A DNA stretch of 64,000 nucleotides from an uncultured cyanobacterium (lineage in GTDB: Bacteria > Cyanobacteriota > Cyanobacteriia > PCC-9006 > JAAUQQ01), in contig OY970368.1 in NCBI GenBank assembly GCA_963718615.1, forward strand, positions 2,176,001 through 2,240,000. The letters run 5' to 3'. The number at the start of each line of letters is the position of its first letter. Positions within the stretch are counted from its first letter, which is position 1. The notes under the pieces were generated by a model. It saw nothing but the letters and a program-made list of their open reading frames with translations, searched no databases and had not been told where the DNA came from. Positions 1-10,959 of the stretch are shown here, in pieces. The position numbers were made by a program, and so were the translations under genes.

Positions 1-474
1 CGTGAGACCCAAATGGCGAATGGATCCCTCCCCTTTGAGATCAACCAGATGTCGAAGGGCGTCTACGTAGCGGCGATCGCAATAATCCCACCAGTGAAAC
101 TGCAACAAATCCAGCGACGGCACCCCCATCCGCCGCCGGGATCGATCCACATTCGCCTCCACAATTTGCCGGGTCATGGGACCAGAGCGGGGGACCCACT
201 TGGTGAAGGTTTGCACTTGAGCCAAGGTCTGTGAGCCTCGGGTGGCGCTGAGCTGATTCAAAAACTCCCCGACAAAATCTTCAGCGGGGCCGTAGTGATC
301 CGCCAGATCCCAGGTGGTAAAGCCTGCGTCGAAATAGTCAAACATGGCGGCGATCGCCCCTCGGGGATCAATCTTGCCGTGGGCACCGGAGATCTGCCAC
401 ATCCCAGTGAGAAGACGATAGATTGATAAATCAGTCGTTAGGCTACAGCGGCTTTCTGGGGGAAGAGGCATCAT
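1..474 (-). CDS. Aldo/keto reductase (5' part; runs off window start)
   Basis: Manual minus-strand translation MMPLPPESRCSLTTDLSIYRLLTGMWQISGAHG...AGFTTWDLADHYGPAED matches the AKR N-terminal G.WQ and D.A..YG motifs. Not in the ORF track because it is truncated. Confidence 0.85.
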   Translation of the reverse strand, partial: MMPLPPESRCSLTTDLSIYRLLTGMWQISGAHGKIDPRGAIAAMFDYFDAGFTTWDLADHYGPAEDFVGEFLNQLSATRGSQTLAQVQTFTKWVPRSGPMTRQIVEANVDRSRRRMGVPSLDLLQFHWWDYCDRRYVDALRHLVDLKGEGSIRHLGLT

Positions 475-499
475 GGAGCTAGGGGGATCGGAAATTGCC

Positions 500-889
500 A
501 TGAACGAGGACAACCAGCTCATTCTGAACGTAAATCAGGCATTCTACCGGGCCTTTGAGAAAAAGGACATGGTTGCCATGGAGAAGGTTTGGTCCCAGGG
601 GACCAGCAGTCTTTGTGTTCACCCAGGGCGTAGCGTGCTTCTCGGCTGGGAGCGCATTAAGACTTCCTGGATGCAAATTTTCAAAAATACAGATTACGTT
701 GAAATTAATATTGACCTCATTTCCACTGAAATTAGCGGCGACTTAGCATTTATTGTTCTGACGGAAAATATCTTACAAATTAGCCAAAATCGCCGCATCG
801 AAGCGCAATCGATCGCCACGAATGGGTTTGAGCGCCTAGGCAACCATTGGTACATGATTCACCACCACGGCAGCCCCGTCATGCAGTAG
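500..889 (+). CDS. SnoaL-like / NTF2-family protein
   Basis: NQAFYRAFEKKD...CVHPG...W.MIHHHGS pattern. ATG 500 preferred over 473, which would overlap the divergent AKR start. Confidence 0.85.
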   Translation: MNEDNQLILNVNQAFYRAFEKKDMVAMEKVWSQGTSSLCVHPGRSVLLGWERIKTSWMQIFKNTDYVEINIDLISTEISGDLAFIVLTENILQISQNRRIEAQSIATNGFERLGNHWYMIHHHGSPVMQ

Positions 890-913
890 GGACGAACGGC
901 AGTTCGTCCCTAC
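886..913. repeat. GTAG-type REP-like hairpin / possible bidirectional terminator
   Basis: GTAGGGACGAAC-GGCA-GTTCGTCCCTAC, perfect 12-bp stem between convergent genes. Confidence 0.6.
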
Positions 914-944
914 CGTTTTTACCGCCGTTCCCCTGCTACCGTTT

Positions 945-1184
945 TTACCGCCCCTCCTCCGCCAAAATGCGGTCTTTGGAGTCTTCCCAGTAGGCACTGT
1001 AAGTCCATTCGATCTGCATGCCTTTCTCCGCTTGGGTCCAACGATAAATCGCTGATTTTGGCTCCACGCCCAATTCGATTAACTTTGCGCCCATGTAGTA
1101 CTCAATTTGTCGTTTAGTCATGTCGTCCAGACCCCGTGATTTGAGAATCCGACGGGACAGATGGGCTTGGGTATGCTTGGCCAT
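945..1184 (-). CDS. Small hypothetical protein
   Basis: 79-aa ORF with ATG filling the gap between genes; protein-like composition. Confidence 0.7.
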   Translation of the reverse strand: MAKHTQAHLSRRILKSRGLDDMTKRQIEYYMGAKLIELGVEPKSAIYRWTQAEKGMQIEWTYSAYWEDSKDRILAEEGR

Positions 1185-1437
1185 GGGAAATCAATACAAA
1201 CAAAATCAATACACAGTAACAGGTCAACTCAATCTCGTTAACAGACCAGTCAACAGAATTTCCACCCATGGAAATCTCCACTGGAAATCTCCACTGGAAA
1301 TCTTCAACCAGTGTAAAAGCCTATTCCCTCCAGCGCTACCAGCCCTGGGTCGAGAGCGCTATGCTGAAATGGGATTCGTAATACCATCCGATAACGCCAC
1401 CCGATAACGTCACCCGATTCGTAGTGCAACCAAAGTT

Positions 1438-2649
1438 ATGACGCAGCAAGTACCACAGGTCTGCATCCTCGGAGGAGGATTTGGGGGGCTTTATACGGCC
1501 CTTCGTCTTAGCCAACTGTCTTGGGAAGGCTCAACACCGCCCCAAATTACGCTGGTGGACCAGAACGATCGCTTTGTCTTTCTGCCCTTGCTCTACGAGC
1601 TGATCACCCACGAGCTAGAAACCTGGGAAATTGCGCCCCCCTACGAAGAGCTGCTAGGGGGAACCGGCATCCGGTTTGTCCAGGCGCGGGTGGACCACAT
1701 TGACCTAGACGGGCAAACGGTTCAGGTTTCGGGCAATAGCGGTGAGCAAACCTTGGCCTACGATCGCCTTGTCCTCGCCCTCGGAGGAGAAACACCACTA
1801 GACTTCGTTCCGGGAGCGGTAGACCATGCCATCCCCTTCCGATCGGTGGAGGATGCCTATCGCCTGGAAGAGCAACTGCGAGCGTTGGAGAATTCAGAGT
1901 GCGATCGCATCCGCGTTGTCGTTGCCGGCGGCGGCTATAGCGGCGTAGAGCTGGCCTGTAAGTTGGCAGAACGCTTAGGCGCTAGGGGTCGAGTCCGGAT
2001 TATTGAGCTATCGGACCAAATTCTACGAACTTCGCCGGAGTTTAACCGTCAGGCAGCTCGCAAAGCGCTGGAAGCTCGGGGGGTTTGGGTGGATTTGGAA
2101 ACCCGGATTGAGGCGATTCGGGCGGATGAAATGGATTTGAAGTACCGCGACGAGCTGGATACCATCCCCGTGGATTTGGTCCTCTGGACCGTGGGAACCG
2201 CCATAGTGCCCGTCATTCAGGCTCTGGCGCTGCCGAAGAACGAGCGAGGCCAAATCACGGTGCTGCCGACGCTGCAAGTGACGGACCATCCCCAACTCTT
2301 CGCCCTCGGGGACTTGGCGACAGGCGAAGATGCTGAAGCCCAGCGGGTACCGGCGACGGCCCAGGCGGCGTTTCAGCAGGCGGACTATGTGGGCTGGAAC
2401 CTTTGGGCTTCGTTGACCGGGCGACCGCTGCTACCGTTCCGCTACCAAAATCTGGGTGAAATGATGAGCTTGGGGACGAATACAGCAACGCTGACGGGCC
2501 TGGGCGTGACGCTGGATGGTCCTTTGGCCCATGTGGCCCGGCGGCTGATTTATTTGTATCGCATGCCGACGCTGGATCATCAATTGCGGGTTGGGTTTAA
2601 CTGGATGACGAAACCGTTGCAGGATTTGCTACAGGCTACGGTTTCTTGA
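1438..2649 (+). CDS. ndbB: Type II NAD(P)H dehydrogenase, NdbB-like (demethylphylloquinone reductase)
   Basis: Two dinucleotide-binding motifs (GGGFGGLY, GGGYSGVELA), ALGD and ATAQAAFQQA; 403 aa. Confidence 0.8.
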   Translation: MTQQVPQVCILGGGFGGLYTALRLSQLSWEGSTPPQITLVDQNDRFVFLPLLYELITHELETWEIAPPYEELLGGTGIRFVQARVDHIDLDGQTVQVSGNSGEQTLAYDRLVLALGGETPLDFVPGAVDHAIPFRSVEDAYRLEEQLRALENSECDRIRVVVAGGGYSGVELACKLAERLGARGRVRIIELSDQILRTSPEFNRQAARKALEARGVWVDLETRIEAIRADEMDLKYRDELDTIPVDLVLWTVGTAIVPVIQALALPKNERGQITVLPTLQVTDHPQLFALGDLATGEDAEAQRVPATAQAAFQQADYVGWNLWASLTGRPLLPFRYQNLGEMMSLGTNTATLTGLGVTLDGPLAHVARRLIYLYRMPTLDHQLRVGFNWMTKPLQDLLQATVS

Positions 2650-2680
2650 CGGTTTCTTGACAATTGGACGATTTGACGAT

Positions 2681-3352
2681 TTAGGGAGCTGGACGGTCGA
2701 GCCAGATGCCCTGGAGGCCAGCAGCGATCGCCCCTTCATAGTCCTCCCCAATGCTGTCTCCCACATGCCAAGCTTCCTGGGGCAGGCAGTTGTGCTGGGC
2801 GATCGCCCGCTGAAACACCGCTGCACTGGGCTTTGCCGCCCCCACTTCCGTCGAGATCGTCACCGAAGAAAAATAGCCATCGAGTTGCAGCGCTTCCAGC
2901 ACGTCGTAAAGGCGACTATCAAAATTAGAAATCACGCCCAAGGCCACGCCCTGATCGCGCCAATAGTTCAACGTTGGTCGGGTATCGTCATACAGTTCCC
3001 AGGGTTCTGCCGTGGCGAAATAGTCGTAGAGATAGTCGAAGAAACGGTCAAAATCCTTGAACTTTTCCAGAGCGTTGGCCTGGGCAAAACTTTGGCGGGC
3101 GATCGCCGCCCACCAGTGATATTCCAGGCGCTTTAGGTCTGCGGCTGGGGCTCCCGGAAATGCCATAGGCGGTGCTTGCTTAAAACTGGCACCAAAGGCT
3201 TGGTTGAGCGCCGCCGCCGAAACTTCGATGCCAAATTTGCGGGCAACCTCAGCGTAAACAGAGCCGACGCTGCCCCGGATGCCAAACAGCGTCCCCATGG
3301 CATCGAAAAAGATTACCTTGGGGCGATCGCGCCACGCTGCATCCTCGCTCAT
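2681..3352 (-). CDS. HAD-IA family hydrolase (REG-2-like)
   Basis: FFDAMGTL motif I, SNFD, KP, HVGDS..ED. Confidence 0.9.
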   Translation of the reverse strand: MSEDAAWRDRPKVIFFDAMGTLFGIRGSVGSVYAEVARKFGIEVSAAALNQAFGASFKQAPPMAFPGAPAADLKRLEYHWWAAIARQSFAQANALEKFKDFDRFFDYLYDYFATAEPWELYDDTRPTLNYWRDQGVALGVISNFDSRLYDVLEALQLDGYFSSVTISTEVGAAKPSAAVFQRAIAQHNCLPQEAWHVGDSIGEDYEGAIAAGLQGIWLDRPAP

Positions 3353-3368
3353 CACCTTGGCTCTCCAG

Positions 3369-4919
3369 TCATCGCATTTGAACCGGCTGAGTCACTGGAC
3401 TCACGCCTTCCTTCTGTTCGTTTTGAGCCACTTCCCGCCGCAGGGAGGCCAACAGCGCTTCCTGGGCCAAGGGCTCTGTAATCGTATTATCGCCCACAAT
3501 CCAGGTATCTTTACTGCCCCCCCCCTGGGACGAATTCACAACTAAAGAGCCGCGTCGCATGGCCACACGGGTCAAGCCACCGGGATTCACATAGATTTCT
3601 TCGCCGTAGAGAACATAGGGCCGCAGGTCCACATGGCAGCCTTCGATCTGGTCGCCCATCATGGTCGGGACGCGGGAGAGGCAGAGGGTGGGCTGGGCAA
3701 TATATTTGCGGGGATGGGCTTGAATGCGATCGCGGAATTCCGCCCGCTCCGCCTCCGTCGCATGGGGACCCACTAGCATGCCATAGCCCCCCGACTCATC
3801 CGCCGACTTCACCACCAGCTCGTGGAGATGGTCCAAAACATATTCCTGTTGTTTGGGCTCCCAGCATAGATAGGTGGGGACGTTATGGAGCAGCGGTTCT
3901 TCGCCTAGGTAGTATTGGATGATTTCCGGGACGTAGGCATAAATGACCTTGTCATCGGCCACGCCGGTTCCCAGGGCATTGGCTAGGCCCAGATTGCCTT
4001 GGCGATAGACCTCCGCCAAGCCCGGAATGCCCAGGAGGGAATCGGGTCGGAACACCGTTGGGTCAATAAAGATGTCATCAATGCGGCGGTAGAGCACATC
4101 CACCCGCTTGAGCCCCTTGGTGGTTCGCATTTTGAGATATCCTCCATCAACCACCAAATCCCGGCCTTCCACCAGTTCCACCCCCATTTGCTGGGCGAGA
4201 TAGGAATGCTCAAAGTAGGCAGAGTTGTAAATCCCTGGGGTCAGGACCGCTACGGTCGGGTCGTTAACGGATGTAGGTGCAATATTGAGCAGAGTTTCCA
4301 GCAAGCAACTAGGATAGTTGTCGACGGGTTTGACATCCATTTGATGGAAGATTTGGGGGAATGTTGCCTTCATCACCCGCCGATTTTCTAGGACATAGGA
4401 AACGCCGGAGGGACAGCGCAGATTGTCTTCGAGGACATACCATTTCCCCTGGCGATCGCGCACCAAATCTGTCCCAGTCACATGGCACCAAATGTCCTTC
4501 GCTGGTTTTAGACCCATACAGGGCTTGAGAAATCCAGTTGCTGATTCAATCAGCTCGCGGGGAATGATGCCGTCTTGAATAATTTTTTGTTCGCCATAAA
4601 TATCAGACAAAAAGAGATTGAGGGCATGAATGCGCTGCTTGAGACCCGCCTCTAGCTCGATCCAGTCTGAGGTGGAAATAATCCGGGGAATGACATCAAA
4701 GGGAAGAATCCGTTCGGTGCCTTCGCCGTCACCATAGACCGTAAACGTCGCGCCCTGCTTGAGCATGACCCGTTTGGCAGCGGCTTGGCGACGTAGAATT
4801 TCGGTGGTCGAAAGGGCGTTAATCCGCTCTACCAAAAGCTGTGCGGCATCCCGAGGTTTGCCAGGCTCGATAAACAACTCATCAAAGAAGTCACCTGGAT
4901 CGTAGCTTTGAAATGTCAT
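3369..4919 (-). CDS. Circularly permuted type 2 ATP-grasp protein
   Basis: VLEDNLRCPSGVSY, YRRIDD, HVDLRPY, PGGLTRVA...VVNSSQGGGSKDTW. Confidence 0.92.
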   Translation of the reverse strand: MTFQSYDPGDFFDELFIEPGKPRDAAQLLVERINALSTTEILRRQAAAKRVMLKQGATFTVYGDGEGTERILPFDVIPRIISTSDWIELEAGLKQRIHALNLFLSDIYGEQKIIQDGIIPRELIESATGFLKPCMGLKPAKDIWCHVTGTDLVRDRQGKWYVLEDNLRCPSGVSYVLENRRVMKATFPQIFHQMDVKPVDNYPSCLLETLLNIAPTSVNDPTVAVLTPGIYNSAYFEHSYLAQQMGVELVEGRDLVVDGGYLKMRTTKGLKRVDVLYRRIDDIFIDPTVFRPDSLLGIPGLAEVYRQGNLGLANALGTGVADDKVIYAYVPEIIQYYLGEEPLLHNVPTYLCWEPKQQEYVLDHLHELVVKSADESGGYGMLVGPHATEAERAEFRDRIQAHPRKYIAQPTLCLSRVPTMMGDQIEGCHVDLRPYVLYGEEIYVNPGGLTRVAMRRGSLVVNSSQGGGSKDTWIVGDNTITEPLAQEALLASLRREVAQNEQKEGVSPVTQPVQMR

Positions 4920-5086
4920 GGGTTACCTCGTTATGCATCCTTGAGTAGCTGTATCATTCCCGCTAGGGCTAGTAAATCTTCTCTGGGATCCGTCTTTTGT
5001 AGTCTTCGATGCAATTATAGGTTGAGAAGTTTTGCGATTTCTTTGAGACTTTCTGTTTTTTTCAATTGTTTTTTCAATGGGGTTCA

Positions 5087-5548
5087 ATGATTACGCTAAA
5101 TCCCCTTTGTCCCTGCGGCAGTAAGACCCCATTTGGCAATTGCTGTGGGCCTTTTCTCAGTGGCAAGGCGCTAGCCCCGACGGCGGAGGCGTTGATGCGA
5201 TCGCGCTACACGGCCTATTGCAAGGGCAATGTGGATTATTTGCTGGCAACGCTCCATCCGTCGAAACGCAGGCGGGGCGATCGCCTCAGTTTGGCCCAGA
5301 GTATTCAGTCTACCCACTGGGTGGGGTTGAGGGTGTTGGCGACGCGCCAAGGGCAGCCGCAGGATCCGACGGGGGTGGTGGAGTTTGTGGCGAGGTATGA
5401 CCGACCGGTGGAGGGGCAGTTGCATGAGCGATCGCGGTTTTTGAAGGAGGGCGATCGTTGGTTTTATCTGGATGGGGATATAGCGCCCTCACTCCGCCAT
5501 CGCAAAAATCTGGGCTGCGGTGAGGGTGAGCGTTGGGAACGTTGGTGA
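5087..5548 (+). CDS. YchJ/UPF0225 protein with SEC-C motif
   Basis: CPCGS....NCC, TAEALMRSRYTAY, VEFVARY, HERSRF...WFYLDG. Confidence 0.88.
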   Translation: MITLNPLCPCGSKTPFGNCCGPFLSGKALAPTAEALMRSRYTAYCKGNVDYLLATLHPSKRRRGDRLSLAQSIQSTHWVGLRVLATRQGQPQDPTGVVEFVARYDRPVEGQLHERSRFLKEGDRWFYLDGDIAPSLRHRKNLGCGEGERWERW

Positions 5549-6100
5549 AATGATCCGATCATCAGCTCGAAATTGTTCGAGCTGGTATTCTTCCTGCACG
5601 AGACTATAAATGCTGATTGTTGGTTGTTTTGGGCGACCGATGTAGCGAGTTGCACCCAGCGCCCGAAAGTCGAGAATCCAGTATTCTAGGACGCCCATTT
5701 CTTCATAGTCATTGAGTTTGAGGCCATAGTCATCGCGCCAATTTGTAGAGACAATTTCGATCGCGAGGCGAACGGTAGCTCCATGCACGATGGTTGAGCT
5801 TTTTTCCCAGCGAGGCTCCTGAGCCAATTGCTCTCGATCGAGGACAACAATGTCGGGTTTGTAGCCTGCCTCGTCTCGAAAGGGTTTGAGTGTGGCGGTT
5901 TTGGGGATGATGTAGGGCAAACCTTCGGCGCGGATGGCACGGTGGAGGTCGAAGCTGAGTTCACTGCCCAGAACTTCGTGGGGGCCGGTCGGGTTCATGG
6001 GGACGGGGATTCCTTCAATGAGTTCAAAGGTTTGCCCACCGTCTGGGTGCCATTCGAGAAATTGATCAAAGGACATGCGGCGAGGCGCGATTTGAACCAT
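5489..6100 (-). CDS. Uma2 (DUF820) family endonuclease
   Basis: FELIEG, PD, IEIVS, DY..K..DYEEMGVLEYWILD. Confidence 0.92.
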   Translation of the reverse strand: MVQIAPRRMSFDQFLEWHPDGGQTFELIEGIPVPMNPTGPHEVLGSELSFDLHRAIRAEGLPYIIPKTATLKPFRDEAGYKPDIVVLDREQLAQEPRWEKSSTIVHGATVRLAIEIVSTNWRDDYGLKLNDYEEMGVLEYWILDFRALGATRYIGRPKQPTISIYSLVQEEYQLEQFRADDRIISPTFPTLTLTAAQIFAMAE

Positions 6101-6219
6101 TAGCGATTTGAACCCTTGGGAAGTGAGCGAGGGTGTGTTGCTTATTTTAGTTTAGGACAATTTTGTGCAGGGTTGTATCATCGCGAGGGGAGGTTGGATG
6201 CTCAGATCGCAGCGGTGGC

Positions 6220-6684
6220 TCACGTAGGCAGGTAGGCCTCATCTAGGATTTGCCCGATCGTATACTCACACTCTACCGGAAACTGTTCAAGGGCAAGTCC
6301 AGTTTTGATCGCCGCCAACCGCCGCGCCCCCGCATAAGCAGCTTCAAGCACTGTCGGCCAATAGTTTTTTAAACTGGGACTCTCTTCTAGAATGTCCGCA
6401 ATGCGCAACCGCTGTTCCAAAATCGTTGCTTGCCAACTGCGACTGCGCTGCTCGGGCTGAAACTGCCATTTCAGCAAATGCATCAGCAAAACCTCAAGGC
6501 GACTTTTGACCGCCCGCCGATCGGACTTCCCCAATGCTTCAATCTCCTCGATCAAATTCTCCACATCTAGAGCTGCCCAATCGCCCTGACGCAAGGCTTT
6601 GACCATTTGCTCTGTCCAAGCTACAAAATCTTGATCGTAGGGCGATCGCGTTTGGTTGATTAAATTGGTCTGGATTGAAGCCAT
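6220..6684 (-). CDS. DUF29 family protein
   Basis: YDQDFVAW, D.ENLIEEIEALG, HLLKWQFQ, SPSLK, FPVECEY. Confidence 0.92.
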   Translation of the reverse strand: MASIQTNLINQTRSPYDQDFVAWTEQMVKALRQGDWAALDVENLIEEIEALGKSDRRAVKSRLEVLLMHLLKWQFQPEQRSRSWQATILEQRLRIADILEESPSLKNYWPTVLEAAYAGARRLAAIKTGLALEQFPVECEYTIGQILDEAYLPT

Positions 6685-6802
6685 CGTGTTGACCAATCTG
6701 CAAGGGCATTTGAGTTGAGTTTAACAGACTTTTTCTTGGGATCTAGACAGGAAGGGCGATCGCTCTTGCACCCATTGCGACGACCGCCTAGCGATGACCA
6801 CT

Positions 6803-6883
6803 GGAGAGGTGGATGCTCAGATCGCAGCAGTGGCTCGATCTCGGGGTGACATTCTTGTGACAAACAATACGCGACATTTCCAA
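6803..6883 (+). pseudogene. vapC: VapC/PIN toxin fragment
   Basis: Encodes EVDAQIAAVARSRGDILVTNNTRHF, the C-terminal PIN motif (D..IAA.A.....LVTNN.RHF); the N-terminal part is absent. Confidence 0.7.
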
Positions 6884-6886
6884 CTT

Positions 6887-6982
6887 CGGTTTGACCCGCC
6901 GCTGCAACTTGCCATACAGCGACCTCATCTCCTCCAAACTCAAAAAACACTCAAACACCGACCACAGCATCCGATGGGCATA
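6887..6982 (-). pseudogene. cas2: cas2 remnant
   Basis: Encodes YAHRMLWSVFECFLSLEEMRSLYGKLQRRVKP, resembling the central Cas2 segment (YG.R.Q.SVFEC.L); an in-frame TGA lies just upstream and both ends are missing. Confidence 0.7.
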
Positions 6983-7005
6983 TCATATGGAAAATTGTTC
7001 TTCTA

Positions 7006-7875
7006 ATGTTTATGGACTGGCAAGCCCTCGCCGACTGGCACCCGCATATCTTTGCTCAACTTACTGCTGAACCCCCCAAAGGTAACGCAACGGTTCCCAA
7101 CGCCGTTGCCCAAATCGATATGCTCAAGCAACAGCTCGAATTCCTTGCGAAGGAAAACGCTCGCCAGTCCGCCGAATTTACCGAAAAGCTTAAGCTCATG
7201 GCCGATGGGCAACAGCAGCTCAGCCAAGGTTTTCAGGGATTCGTCACGACGATGCAGTGGGTTTTGGGTGGACTCGGTCTGTTTGGAACTTCGATCATCG
7301 CGGCGTTGGGGTACATCTTTGGTAAGACAATCCAAGAAACCAAAGCCGTCGCCAAAGCGATTGCCACAGAAAAAGTCACCGACGAAGTGCAGCGAATCGT
7401 AAACGCTGAAGTTGAAATTGTGCGGCGATCGCTCCAACGCGAAACGGTCATTGGCAACACCCTCGTAGACTACTGGCTTCCGGCTGGCCCGAGCGCGCCT
7501 AATGAATTCAGACTTCTCCGGGGCCGTGCCTTCCAAAACGTCAAGTTCTATGACGATTCGGTAATCCCTCGTCGAATTACGGGTGATGTCTTTGTTCTGG
7601 ATCTGGAGAACAGTATTAGTGCCAGTGGCGAACGCTTCGGAAAGAGGCCAGAGGCAGAGCGTGAGACCTTTGCTAAGGAACAGATTGATGCGGCTTTGGA
7701 TGCGTTGCCGGGTTCGGTGGCGATCGTAATCTACACTCGTTCCGCCGTAAAACATATTTTCTCGCTACCCCAAGATCGCTACGTTTCTCCTGCAACAAAT
7801 CCGATAACGCTGGTCGGAATGGTGGCAGATGCCGCCTACCTGGCACACGGAGCCCAGCAGCGGAGTTCTCCTTAA
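7006..7875 (+). CDS. Membrane protein (coiled coil + 1 TM + alpha/beta Rossmann-like domain); candidate type III CRISPR effector
   Basis: Hydrophobic helix WVLGGLGLFGTSIIAALGYIF; C-terminal beta/alpha pattern (DVFVLD, AIVIY, SPATNPITL); directly upstream of cas10 on the same strand. Confidence 0.75.
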   Translation: MFMDWQALADWHPHIFAQLTAEPPKGNATVPNAVAQIDMLKQQLEFLAKENARQSAEFTEKLKLMADGQQQLSQGFQGFVTTMQWVLGGLGLFGTSIIAALGYIFGKTIQETKAVAKAIATEKVTDEVQRIVNAEVEIVRRSLQRETVIGNTLVDYWLPAGPSAPNEFRLLRGRAFQNVKFYDDSVIPRRITGDVFVLDLENSISASGERFGKRPEAERETFAKEQIDAALDALPGSVAIVIYTRSAVKHIFSLPQDRYVSPATNPITLVGMVADAAYLAHGAQQRSSP

Positions 7876-7891
7876 AAACGCCAAAAATCGC

Positions 7892-7931
7892 AAAAGGGTT
7901 GGCAACGTAAATTTCTGCTAACCCTTTTTTT
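7892..7931 (+). terminator. Intrinsic terminator-like hairpin
   Basis: AAAAGGGTTGGCA...TGCTAACCC followed by a T7 run. Confidence 0.55.
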
Positions 7932-8122
7932 GCGGCTCATAATCAAACTGCCGACAAAGCTGCCAATAAAACATGGAATCTTGCCATATCTGGCAAGTCA
8001 TTTTCCTTTCCTGGCCATACTTGTGTCTCAGGTTACAGCATTGAGACTTATTTCCGACGCTTCGGAACAATCCGTCTTGGTAATCATTCTGAGGAAGCAT
8101 ACGCATTTTCCAAACGCACTAG

Positions 8123-10880
<2,758 letters not shown>

Positions 10881-10959
10881 ACCAGTGCCAAGGCCGGATG
10901 AACGCGGTTTTTCCCTACGTTTTTGTTTTTTATCTTGCTCAATTCTCTCTTGCTGAATT

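Noticed and set aside
6794-7006. 70-aa ORF as an intact VapC toxin
   Set aside because: Only about 27 codons are PIN-like; the rest is antisense of the cas2 remnant
7003-7755. 250-aa minus-strand ORF
   Set aside because: Antisense shadow of the 7006-7875 gene, no motifs; the same applies to most overlapping ORFs in the track
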